Of a stretch of 64,000 bases of DNA, positions 24,063 to 32,595 are shown in pieces. The notes beneath the pieces were generated by a model, which saw only the letters and a program-made list of their open reading frames with translations, was not told where the DNA came from and ran no database searches. Numbering within the stretch: the first letter of the stretch is position 1; the number at the start of each line of letters is the position of its first letter. Position numbers and translations under genes: made by a program. Origin of the DNA: Coriobacteriaceae bacterium (GTDB lineage Bacteria; Bacillota; Clostridia; Oscillospirales; CAG-272); the NCBI GenBank assembly GCA_963617165.1, contig CAVEOF010000004.1:3264-67263 (forward strand), given 5' to 3'.

Positions 24063-24758
24063 TTACCTGTGGACGAACAGACGGCGACCGACGCGCACGA
24101 GCGTCGAGCCCTCCTCCACCGCGACGCCGTAGCTGTCGCTCATTCCCATGGAGAGAACGGGGGAGTCGGTATCATAGCCGTATTGTTCACCGATGGTATC
24201 AAAAATTTTTTTGGTGATACGGAAATAGGGACGGGATGCCTCGGGATCCTCCGAGTACGGACCCATCGTCATGACGCCGCAGAGCGACAGGTGAGAAAAT
24301 CCGCGCACCGCCTCGTAAAAGCGAAGCGCATCCTCGGGATCGATCCCGCTCTTGCTTTCTTCCTTCGCGCTGTTGATCTCGATCAGCACGGGCATCCGGA
24401 TGCCGAGCGCGGCGGCGCGCCGTTCGATCTCCTCGGCAAGGGGAAGGGAGGAGAGGGAGTGGATCATCGCGGTGACGGGCAGGATGCTCTTGACCTTGTT
24501 CGTCTGCAAATGCCCGATCTCGTGCATCCGCACGTCGTACCCCGCCCCGTCGAGCAGGCGCTTTCTGCGAAGCACCTCCTGCGGTCGGTTTTCCGCCATG
24601 TCGCAGACACCGAGGGCGGCGAGGGCGAGAAGCTCCTCGTCCGATGCGCTCTTGGTCACGGCGACGAGCGTCACCTTGTCGTCCCGCCCCGCACTGTGGC
24701 GCAGGATGGTGTCGTTCACCGCCTCGAGATTTTCACGAAGATAAGAGAAGGATTCCAT
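24063..24758 (-). CDS. yggS: YggS/PLPBP family pyridoxal-phosphate homeostasis protein
   Basis: ORF 24063..24779 (TTG). I prefer ATG 24758 (MESFSYLREN) with GAGGA upstream. VTLVAVTKSA, HLQTNKVK and MGMS motifs. Confidence 0.8.
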   Translation of the reverse strand: MESFSYLRENLEAVNDTILRHSAGRDDKVTLVAVTKSASDEELLALAALGVCDMAENRPQEVLRRKRLLDGAGYDVRMHEIGHLQTNKVKSILPVTAMIHSLSSLPLAEEIERRAAALGIRMPVLIEINSAKEESKSGIDPEDALRFYEAVRGFSHLSLCGVMTMGPYSEDPEASRPYFRITKKIFDTIGEQYGYDTDSPVLSMGMSDSYGVAVEEGSTLVRVGRRLFVHR

Positions 24759-24883
24759 AATTTCCTCACGAGGGGACAATGCCTCATCATGTAGTATAGC
24801 CTATTATAGCATAAGAAAGGAAAAGATTTCAAGTCCTTTTGAAAAATATTTTCAAAGCGGCAAAAGAGAGTGCCAGAAAAGCC

Positions 24884-24912
24884 TTGATTTTGTGCCCGAA
24901 ATGTGTTATACT
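24884..24912 (+). promoter_or_regulatory. Promoter TTGATT-17-TATACT (with TGt extended -10) for mrnC-hisS
   Basis: ttgattttgtgcccgaaatgtgttatact, read directly. Confidence 0.6.
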
Positions 24913-24967
24913 GGTATCAATTTACAGCGTGCGGCAAACGGTACGGCAGGTCGCGGAAAGGAGCCCC

Positions 24968-25390
24968 ATGCACGAAAAGATCACGGGCGCATCCTTGCCC
25001 GCCCCCCTCGCGCTCGCCTATCTCGGCGACGCGGTCTATTCTCTCTACGTCAGACGCCGCCTCATCGCGGGCGGATGCGAGAAGTCGGGAGAGCTAAACG
25101 AGGCGGCGCTCGGCTACGTGACCGCAGAGGCACAGGCGACGCTCATGCGGAGGATGGAGCCTCACCTCACGGAGGACGAGCACGACGTGTTCCGTCGCGC
25201 TTCGAATTCGAAGAAGCTCCGCCGCCCGAAACATGCGAGCGCGTCGGATTACCGCCTCGCCACGGGCTTTGAGGCGGTGCTCGGAATGCTCTTCTGGATC
25301 GGGGACACCCCCCGCATCGACGAGCTCTTACACGCCGCCGAAGAGGGCGCCCCGCAGGATGACGCAGAAATCAAAGAAAAGGAAGACTGA
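24968..25390 (+). CDS. mrnC: Mini-ribonuclease 3
   Basis: ORF 24839..25390. I prefer ATG 24968 (MHEKITGASLPAPLALAYLGDAVYSLYVR) with GGAAAGGAG upstream. LGDAVY RNase III signature; about 140 aa. Confidence 0.8.
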   Translation: MHEKITGASLPAPLALAYLGDAVYSLYVRRRLIAGGCEKSGELNEAALGYVTAEAQATLMRRMEPHLTEDEHDVFRRASNSKKLRRPKHASASDYRLATGFEAVLGMLFWIGDTPRIDELLHAAEEGAPQDDAEIKEKED

Positions 25391-25392
25391 CA

Positions 25393-26637
25393 ATGATACG
25401 CAAGATCAAAGGTACGATGGACCTCTTTCCCGAGGATACGCTCCTCTTCCGCCATATCGAAGCCGTCATGAGAGAGGAGGCGGAGGCATACGGCTACGGC
25501 GAGATCCGCACGCCGATGTTCGAGAACACCGAGCTCTTCGTGCGCGGCGTCGGCGATACGACCGACGTGGTGCAGAAGGAAATGTATACCTTTGCCGACA
25601 GGGACGAGAACCGCTCGATCTCCCTTCGCCCCGAGGGCACGGCGTCGGTGGTGCGCGCCCTCATCGAGGACGGCAAGTGCTCCGAGCCGATGCCCCTCAA
25701 ATACTATTATATTATCTCCTGTTTCCGCCACGAAAAACCGCAAGCGGGCCGCAGCCGCGAATTTTTCCAGTTCGGCACCGAGATGTTCGGCGCCGATACC
25801 CCCGCCGCCGATGCGACGGCGATCTCTCTCGCCGCGTCGGTGCTCCGCCGCCTCGGACTGTCGGACGTCAGACTGCATCTCAATTCCATCGGCTGTAAGC
25901 ACTGCCGCCCGAATTACCGCGCCGCACTGGTGGAGCATTTCAGAGCGCACGAGGCGGAGCTTTGCGACACCTGTCACGAGCGCCTCGAAAAAAATCCTCT
26001 CCGCCTTCTCGATTGCAAGAATCCCGCCTGCCACGCCGTCGCCCTGACCGCGCCCCGCACGGTGGACTACCTGTGCGACGAGTGCCGCACGAAATTTGAA
26101 GGCTTGAAGGCATGTCTCGACGGCATGGGCATCCCCTATACCGTCGATCCCTCCATCGTCCGGGGACTCGATTATTACACGAATACCGTTTTCGAGTTTA
26201 TCGCCGAGGGCATCGGCGCGCAGTCGACCGTCTGCGGCGGCGGGCGCTACGACGGACTCGTCGCCTCCCTCGGCGGTCCCGACCTTTCGGGCATCGGCTT
26301 CGGCATGGGGCTGACGCGCGTGATCCTCGCGATGAAGGAAAAGGGACTCTGCGATCTTCCCGCTCCCGCGCCGAAGGTGTATATCGCCGCGCTCGGCAGT
26401 CGCGCCGCTCTTCGCGCCGTCGTCATTACCGAGAGGCTCCGCCGCTCGGGCGTGTACGCCGAGTGCGACCTCGTCGGCAGAAGTCTGAAATCGCAGATGA
26501 AATACGCCGATAAGATCCACGCCGCCTATACGCTGATCCTCGGCGACAGCGAGATCGATACGGGACGCGCGAACCTCCGCAACATGGCGGACGGAACGCA
26601 GACCGAGGTCGATATTGACAACTTTGATTTCCATTGA
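25393..26637 (+). CDS. hisS: Histidine--tRNA ligase
   Basis: 414 aa. GTMDLFPE, RPEGTASVVRA, FRHEKPQAGRSREFFQFG and GGGRYDGL motifs. Confidence 0.92.
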   Translation: MIRKIKGTMDLFPEDTLLFRHIEAVMREEAEAYGYGEIRTPMFENTELFVRGVGDTTDVVQKEMYTFADRDENRSISLRPEGTASVVRALIEDGKCSEPMPLKYYYIISCFRHEKPQAGRSREFFQFGTEMFGADTPAADATAISLAASVLRRLGLSDVRLHLNSIGCKHCRPNYRAALVEHFRAHEAELCDTCHERLEKNPLRLLDCKNPACHAVALTAPRTVDYLCDECRTKFEGLKACLDGMGIPYTVDPSIVRGLDYYTNTVFEFIAEGIGAQSTVCGGGRYDGLVASLGGPDLSGIGFGMGLTRVILAMKEKGLCDLPAPAPKVYIAALGSRAALRAVVITERLRRSGVYAECDLVGRSLKSQMKYADKIHAAYTLILGDSEIDTGRANLRNMADGTQTEVDIDNFDFH

Positions 26638-26764
26638 CCATAGTTTTCCCGCTTTTATCGCGCTTGTTTTCGCGAAAAGCGGGAAAATCCGAAAAAATGC
26701 GTGCTCGCCGCAAAAACGGTCGGCGGCGCATTTTTCTTTCCGCAAAAAAACGGAGGGTAACGCC

Positions 26765-28936
26765 ATGAGCAAAGAGAAAAAAAGAATTCCGCCCGACAGA
26801 TCCCTGTTTTTGCCCGTCAGCCCCGAGGACGTCAGGGCGCGCGGGTGGTCGGAGGTGGATTTTGTCTACGTGACGGGGGATGCGTATGTCGACCATCCCT
26901 CCTTCGGCGTCGCCATCATCGGCCGCGTCCTCGAGGCGGACGGCTTCCGCGTCGCCATCCTCTCCCAACCCGATTATAAGAGCACCGCGGACTTTACCCG
27001 CTTCGGCAGACCCCGCCTCGGCTTTCTCGTCACGGCGGGGAACATCGACTCCATGGTCGCGCACTATACCGTTTCGAAGAAAAAACGTTCTTACGATTAT
27101 TACAGCCCCGGCGGTGTCATGGGGCGCCGCCCCGACCGCGCGCTGATCGTCTACTGTAACCGCATCCGCGAGGCATACGGCGACGTACCGATCCTCGTCG
27201 GCGGGTTGGAGGCATCTCTTCGCCGCTTCGCCCATTACGATTATTGGGACGATCGCGTCCGTCGGAGCATCCTTGTCGATTCCCGTGCCGACATCCTCAT
27301 GTACGGCATGGGGGAGAACATCGTCCGCCGCCTTGCCGCACTTCTCGACCGCGGCGTCCCCGTGAAGAAGATCCGCGACGTCCGCGGTACCGTCTACCTC
27401 GGCAAGCGGGGGGACAAGGTGTTTTTCGACAGCGTGGAGGTCGGGGATTACGATACCCTGAAGACCGATAAGCGCGCGTATGCCGACGCCTTCCGCCTTC
27501 AATACATCAATACCGATTCGGTCGCGGGGCGCGCCGTGATCGAGTATTACGGCGATAAGATGCTCGTCGAGAATCCGCCGATGCCACCGCTCGAGAGGGA
27601 GGAGCTCGACCGCGTGTACGCGCTCCCCTACGTGAGGGATTATCATCCGGATTACGAGGCGCTCGGGGGCGTCCCCGCCATTACCGAGGTGAAGTTTTCC
27701 GTCACGCACAACCGCGGGTGCTTCGGCGCCTGCAACTTCTGCGCCATCGCCTTCCACCAAGGGCGCGAGGTCCGCTCCCGAAGCGAGGAGAGCGTCCTCG
27801 AAGAGGTGAAGAAGATCGTCGCCCTCCCCGATTTCAAGGGGTATATCCACGATGTCGGCGGTCCGACGGCGAATTTCCGCTATCCCTCCTGCGATCGGCA
27901 GAAGACCGAGGGCGTCTGCCCGCGGCGCAAGTGCCTCGCACCCACTCCTTGTAAAAATCTGAAGATCGACCACACCGAGTACGCGCATCTTCTCCGCGAG
28001 ATCGAGAAGATCGAAGGGGTAAAACGGGTGTTCGTCCGCTCGGGCATCCGCTTTGATTATCTGATGTACGACCCCGACCGCACCTTCTTCCGTCAGCTCG
28101 TGACGCATCACGTCTCGGGACAGTTAAAGGTCGCGCCCGAGCATTGCTCCGACCACGCCCTCACCATGATGGGGAAGCCGTGCATCGCCGTCTTCGAGGC
28201 GTTCCGCGACGCGTACTTTTCCTATTGTAAAGAGGCGGGGCTTGAGCAGTATCTCGTCCCTTACCTCATGTCGAGCCATCCGGGAACCACCCCGGAGGAT
28301 GCGATCACCATGGCGCTCTGGCTGAAAAAATGGGGCTACTCACCCGAGCAGGTGCAGGATTTCTATCCCACCCCGGGCACGATCTCTACCGTGATGTATT
28401 ATACGGGCATCCACCCGATGACGGGAAAGAGCGTCTACGTTACCACCGACTACCACGAAAAACAGCTGCAACGCGCACTTCTCCAGTATGCAAAGCCCGA
28501 GAATCGCAACCTCGTGCGCGAGGCACTGCGAAGAGCGGGAAGAGAGGACCTCATCGGCAACGGACCCGAGTGTCTCGTCCGCCCCGCCTTCGGTCAGGGG
28601 GAGAGCATCCCCACCGCCGCCGAAAAACGCAAAGCAAACCTTGCAAAAACGAGAAAGAATTCAAAGAATACTTCCCATCCGAAGAAAAACACGGGCGCCC
28701 CGCCGCAAAGCGCGGGGAAAAAGAAGAGCAAGCTCGAGCGCGTCTTCGGAGACGACGCCGTGAGGATCCTGCGCGAGGCGGAGCGCATGAAGCGGGTGGG
28801 AAGCGCGAAACCGAAGAAACGTGACGCCACCCCTGCGAAGAAGAACGCCCCGAACCCCCACGCGCCGAAGAGGGATCCCCGCGGGAACTTCCCTCCCGCG
28901 AAAAAGGAAAAAAACGGAAAGAAAAAGAACGGATAG
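26765..28936 (+). CDS. YgiQ family radical SAM protein (UPF0313)
   Basis: ORF 26615..28936. I prefer ATG 26765 (MSKEKKRIPPDRSLFLPVS) with GGAGG upstream. N-terminal YVTGDAYVDHPSFG, radical SAM CFGACNFC, Lys-rich C-terminal tail. Confidence 0.85.
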   Translation: MSKEKKRIPPDRSLFLPVSPEDVRARGWSEVDFVYVTGDAYVDHPSFGVAIIGRVLEADGFRVAILSQPDYKSTADFTRFGRPRLGFLVTAGNIDSMVAHYTVSKKKRSYDYYSPGGVMGRRPDRALIVYCNRIREAYGDVPILVGGLEASLRRFAHYDYWDDRVRRSILVDSRADILMYGMGENIVRRLAALLDRGVPVKKIRDVRGTVYLGKRGDKVFFDSVEVGDYDTLKTDKRAYADAFRLQYINTDSVAGRAVIEYYGDKMLVENPPMPPLEREELDRVYALPYVRDYHPDYEALGGVPAITEVKFSVTHNRGCFGACNFCAIAFHQGREVRSRSEESVLEEVKKIVALPDFKGYIHDVGGPTANFRYPSCDRQKTEGVCPRRKCLAPTPCKNLKIDHTEYAHLLREIEKIEGVKRVFVRSGIRFDYLMYDPDRTFFRQLVTHHVSGQLKVAPEHCSDHALTMMGKPCIAVFEAFRDAYFSYCKEAGLEQYLVPYLMSSHPGTTPEDAITMALWLKKWGYSPEQVQDFYPTPGTISTVMYYTGIHPMTGKSVYVTTDYHEKQLQRALLQYAKPENRNLVREALRRAGREDLIGNGPECLVRPAFGQGESIPTAAEKRKANLAKTRKNSKNTSHPKKNTGAPPQSAGKKKSKLERVFGDDAVRILREAERMKRVGSAKPKKRDATPAKKNAPNPHAPKRDPRGNFPPAKKEKNGKKKNG

Positions 28937-29055
28937 TAATTTTTACGAACGCACTTCGAGAAAAACGAGGGCAGAACGCCCGTTCGAAAAAGGGTATGCA
29001 AGATCCGCCGAAATGCACCCGCTTCCTGCAAAAAACGGAAAAGGATAGTTTTGAG

Positions 29056-29188
29056 TTTTCCACATTTTGCGATGTGGATATTGTGGAAAACTTGCCTGTC
29101 CGAGGGGGAAAACCACGGGATCTCCCCCTCCTTCGCGGCTTTCTCGAAGAAAGTTTTCCACAATACCCACAAATTCCGATGTGGAAAA
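29056..29188. promoter_or_regulatory. DnaA-box cluster: five 8/9 matches plus one 7/9 match to TTATCCACA
   Basis: TTTTCCACA at 29056-29064 and 29154-29162 (forward). TGTGGATAT at 29073-29081. TGTGGAAAA at 29082-29090 and 29180-29188 (reverse). ATACCCACA at 29163-29171 (weak). An 8-bp hairpin GAGGGGGA/TCCCCCTC (29102-29130) sits between the two sub-clusters. Confidence 0.7.
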
Positions 29189-29354
29189 CTTTTTTTCACC
29201 CGCCCGTCAAGGGTTGCAAAAATGCGGGAATCGGAAAGAAAAAATCCCGTGATCTTCTCCGTTTTTCCCACCGCATCCCCGCCGCTTCGGGCGGCACATG
29301 AAAATATACATCCTAAAAAATACGAACCCCGCGCCGTCGGACGGAGGAAGAGCC

Positions 29355-31760
29355 ATGCAAGAGCAAACAGAGAGAAAAACAAGATACCTACGGGCGAAGC
29401 GACGCCTCTTCGACATCGTGTACGGAGAGCGTCTGAATCCCGAGCAGAGGACTGCCGTCTTCACGACAAAGGGACCTCTTCTCGTCCTCGCGGGCGCGGG
29501 GAGCGGAAAGACGACGGTGCTCGTCCACCGCGTCGGCTATCTCATCAAGTACGGCAACGCCTATTTTGACGAGAGCCTGCCCGAGGATCTCTCGGACGGA
29601 ATGCTCGCCGCGCTCGAGGCGGCGGCGTCCGAGCCTCCCGAGGTCATCCGCGAGATCCTGCCGCAGTTTATCGAGAAGCCCTGTCCCCCGTGGGCGGTGA
29701 TGGCGATCACCTTCACGAACAAGGCGGCGCGCGAGATCCGCGAGCGGCTCGAGGAGAGCTTCGGCGATCCCGCCGTCACGGCAGAGATCACGGCGGGTAC
29801 CTTCCATTCGGTCTCGGTGCGCATCCTGCGTCGCTTCGGCGAGCGGCTCGGCTACCGCGCGGGCTTCTCGATTTACGACACCGACGATAAAAAGCGCCTG
29901 CTTACCGCGTGTATGAAGGAGCTCGGTCTTGACGAGAAGGTCCTCTCGGTCAAGGCGGTGGCAAACGCCGTCAGCATGGCAAAGGACAGGCTCGAGACCC
30001 CGGAGGAGCTCACCCTCGGCGCCGACCCGCGCGAGCGGGACATCAGGCGCGTGTACGCCCGCTATCAGGAAAAGCTCATGGAGTATAACGCCGTCGATTT
30101 CGACGACATCATCATGCAGACGGTGCGCCTGCTCGAGCGGGACGAGGAGGTGCGGTCCTATTATCAGAATCGCTATCGCTACGTTCTCGTGGACGAGTAT
30201 CAGGATACCAACTACGCGCAGTTTGTCCTGACGAAGCTCCTCTCGGATAAATATCGCAATCTCATGGTCGTCGGCGACGACGATCAGAGCATCTATCGCT
30301 TCCGCGGCGCGACGGTGGAGAACATTCTGAATTTCGATAAGACCTATCCCGACGCGACGGTCGTGAAGCTCGAGCAGAACTACCGCTCGACCGAATGCAT
30401 TCTCGACGCGGCGAACGCCGTCATTTCGCACAACAGCGACCGCCATGAAAAAAAACTCTGGTGCGAGAAGGGGGAGGGCGAAAAGATCGTCGTCAAGGAG
30501 ACGGAGGATCAGATCTCCGAGGGACGGTACATCGTCGATCGCATCACCCGCGCCGTCGCGGGCGGACGGCATTATTCGGATTTTGCCGTGCTTTATCGCG
30601 TCAACGAGATGGCGCGCTCACTCGAGGGCGCGTTCACGAAGAGCGGCGTCCCCTATCGGATCCTCGGCGGACAGCGCTTCTATGATAAAAAAGAGATCCG
30701 CGACATGCTCGCCTACCTTTCGCTCACCGCCTCGACCGACGACGACCTAAGGCTCAAGCGCATCATCAACGAGCCGAAGCGGAAGATCGGCGCCGCCACC
30801 GTGGACGCGGTGGAGAGCATCGCCCGCATGAACGGCATGTCGATGTATACCGTCATGTCCCGCGCCGACGAGTATATCGCCCTCGCCAAGAGCGCGGAAA
30901 AGCTCAAAGGCTTCGTTGCCCTGATCGACGGACTGCGAGAGAGGGAGATGAAGCCCTCCGAGCGCATCGAAGCCATCTTCGAGGAGAGCGGCTACCGCGC
31001 CATGCTGGAGGCGGAAGGCTTCGAGGGGGAGGGCAGGATCGACAGCGTGAAGGAATTCGTGTCTGCCGCCGCCGAGTACGAGGCGCGCTGTGAGGAGAAT
31101 TCGGTCGTTCCCACCCTTCCGGACTTCCTCGAGGAGGTCTCCCTCGTCAGCGACGTGGATAAATACGACGAGACGGCGGACGCCGTCGTGCTGATGACCG
31201 TCCATTCGGCGAAGGGGCTCGAGTTTCCCGTCGTCTTCTTGGCAGGGATGGAGGACGGCGTTTTCCCGGGGGCGCAGAACCTCGGGGAGCGGGAGGAGAT
31301 GAGCGAGGAGCGCCGTCTTGCCTACGTCGCCATCACCCGCGCAAAGGAAATGCTTTATATCACTCACGCAAAGTGCCGTATGATGTACGGTAAGACGGCG
31401 TATAACCCCCTGTCGGTCTTCGTAAGAGAGGAGATCCCGAAGGAGCTTCTCTCCGAAGAGGTACCGAAGGCGCCGCCCCCGCGCACCTATCCGCCCCACG
31501 CGGCGCGGGTCGGGCGGGAGGCACCCCGTCTCTCGGACGAGATGCGCCGCCGCCCCGATATGGCGCCCCGCCCGAGGGGAGCGGGGAACTTCGGCATCGA
31601 AAAATTCCCCGTCGGCACGCGGGTCCTGCACCCCCTGCTCGGGGAGGGAACCATCCTTTCCGCAAAGGATATGGGAGGCGATGTTTTGTACGGCGTCCGC
31701 TTCGCCGACGGGACGGAAAAGAAGCTGATGGCGACCTTTGCCAAGATGAAAAAGCTGTAA
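29355..31760 (+). CDS. pcrA: ATP-dependent DNA helicase PcrA/UvrD
   Basis: ORF 29298..31760. I prefer ATG 29355 (MQEQTERKTRYL) with GGAGGAAG upstream. AGAGSGKTT, VDEYQDTN, VGDDDQSIYRFRGA and TVHSAKGLEFPVVF motifs. Confidence 0.9.
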   Translation: MQEQTERKTRYLRAKRRLFDIVYGERLNPEQRTAVFTTKGPLLVLAGAGSGKTTVLVHRVGYLIKYGNAYFDESLPEDLSDGMLAALEAAASEPPEVIREILPQFIEKPCPPWAVMAITFTNKAAREIRERLEESFGDPAVTAEITAGTFHSVSVRILRRFGERLGYRAGFSIYDTDDKKRLLTACMKELGLDEKVLSVKAVANAVSMAKDRLETPEELTLGADPRERDIRRVYARYQEKLMEYNAVDFDDIIMQTVRLLERDEEVRSYYQNRYRYVLVDEYQDTNYAQFVLTKLLSDKYRNLMVVGDDDQSIYRFRGATVENILNFDKTYPDATVVKLEQNYRSTECILDAANAVISHNSDRHEKKLWCEKGEGEKIVVKETEDQISEGRYIVDRITRAVAGGRHYSDFAVLYRVNEMARSLEGAFTKSGVPYRILGGQRFYDKKEIRDMLAYLSLTASTDDDLRLKRIINEPKRKIGAATVDAVESIARMNGMSMYTVMSRADEYIALAKSAEKLKGFVALIDGLREREMKPSERIEAIFEESGYRAMLEAEGFEGEGRIDSVKEFVSAAAEYEARCEENSVVPTLPDFLEEVSLVSDVDKYDETADAVVLMTVHSAKGLEFPVVFLAGMEDGVFPGAQNLGEREEMSEERRLAYVAITRAKEMLYITHAKCRMMYGKTAYNPLSVFVREEIPKELLSEEVPKAPPPRTYPPHAARVGREAPRLSDEMRRRPDMAPRPRGAGNFGIEKFPVGTRVLHPLLGEGTILSAKDMGGDVLYGVRFADGTEKKLMATFAKMKKL

Positions 31761-31783
31761 ACGAAAAGAAAGGTTACCATATC

Positions 31784-32449
31784 GTGAAAAGATGCTGTAT
31801 ATTTGATATGGACGGCACGGTGCTGAACACGTTGCCGAGCATCACGTTCTTTATGGATCGCACGCTCGCCCGTCACGGACTTTCCCCGATCGGGGAGGAG
31901 AATTGCCGCCGCTTCGTCGGCAACGGCGCACACATCCTCGTCGAGCGCGTGTTCGATTTCCTCGGACTGGACAAAGGAGATACCGCGCTCTTCGAGACGA
32001 TCTATCGGGATTATAAGGAGAGCTACGACGCCGATCCGCTCTATCTGACGGAGCCGTACCCCGGGATCCTCCCCCTTCTGTCCTCTCTCAAAGAGGCGGG
32101 GATCGCCGTCGGCATCGTGTCGAATAAGCCGCATACCGCCGTCCTCCCCCTCGCCCGCCACTTCTTCGGCGACCTTGCCGCGGAGGTGCGGGGGGCGCTC
32201 GACGGCGTCCCGCTGAAGCCCGATCCGACCGCCGTGCGGGAGGTCATGCACCGCCTCGGAAGCACGGAGCACGCGACCGCCTATATCGGGGACAGTGAGG
32301 TGGATGTCGCGACGGGGCGCGCCCTCGGTGCCGCTCGGACGGTCGGCGTGCTCTGGGGCTTTCGGGAGAGGGAAGCGCTTACGGGCGCCGACCTCCTCGT
32401 CTCGCGCGCGGAAGAGCTCCTTCCCGTGGCGCTCTCCCTTCCTTTGTGA
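31784..32449 (+). CDS. HAD-superfamily phosphatase (phosphoglycolate phosphatase-like)
   Basis: 221 aa with a GTG start. Motif I is FDMDGTVLNT, motif II is SNK, motif IV is GDSEVD. Confidence 0.75.
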   Translation: MKRCCIFDMDGTVLNTLPSITFFMDRTLARHGLSPIGEENCRRFVGNGAHILVERVFDFLGLDKGDTALFETIYRDYKESYDADPLYLTEPYPGILPLLSSLKEAGIAVGIVSNKPHTAVLPLARHFFGDLAAEVRGALDGVPLKPDPTAVREVMHRLGSTEHATAYIGDSEVDVATGRALGAARTVGVLWGFREREALTGADLLVSRAEELLPVALSLPL

Positions 32450-32504
32450 AAGATATACAAAACGCGCGCGTGCAATTTGACAAAGAAAGAAAATATTTTG
32501 AAAA

Positions 32505-32544
32505 AAGGCGGAGGGACATGCCACTCCGCCTTTACTTTTGTTTT
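32505..32544 (+). terminator. Rho-independent terminator
   Basis: GGCGGAG-ggacatgccA-CTCCGCC followed by tttacttttgtttt. Confidence 0.65.
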
Positions 32545-32595
32545 CGGGCGTGTTAGAATAAAAACAAAACGATTTCGGATAAGGAGACCCGAGGA

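Noticed and set aside
25391-25392. T-box leaders upstream of hisS or glyQS
   Set aside because: hisS starts 2 nt after mrnC, and glyQS starts 28 nt after mtaB (55005-55032). There is no room for a T-box leader of about 200 nt.
25249-28111. Two long minus-strand ORFs (507 and 561 aa) opposite hisS and ygiQ
   Set aside because: They are antisense to genes with unambiguous aminoacyl-tRNA synthetase and radical SAM motifs, and their composition is shadow-ORF-like.
28594-29382. 262-aa ORF and several 60-170-aa ORFs in the ygiQ-pcrA spacer
   Set aside because: Low-complexity, frame-overlapping ORFs with no RBS. The region is better explained as non-coding DNA with DnaA boxes.
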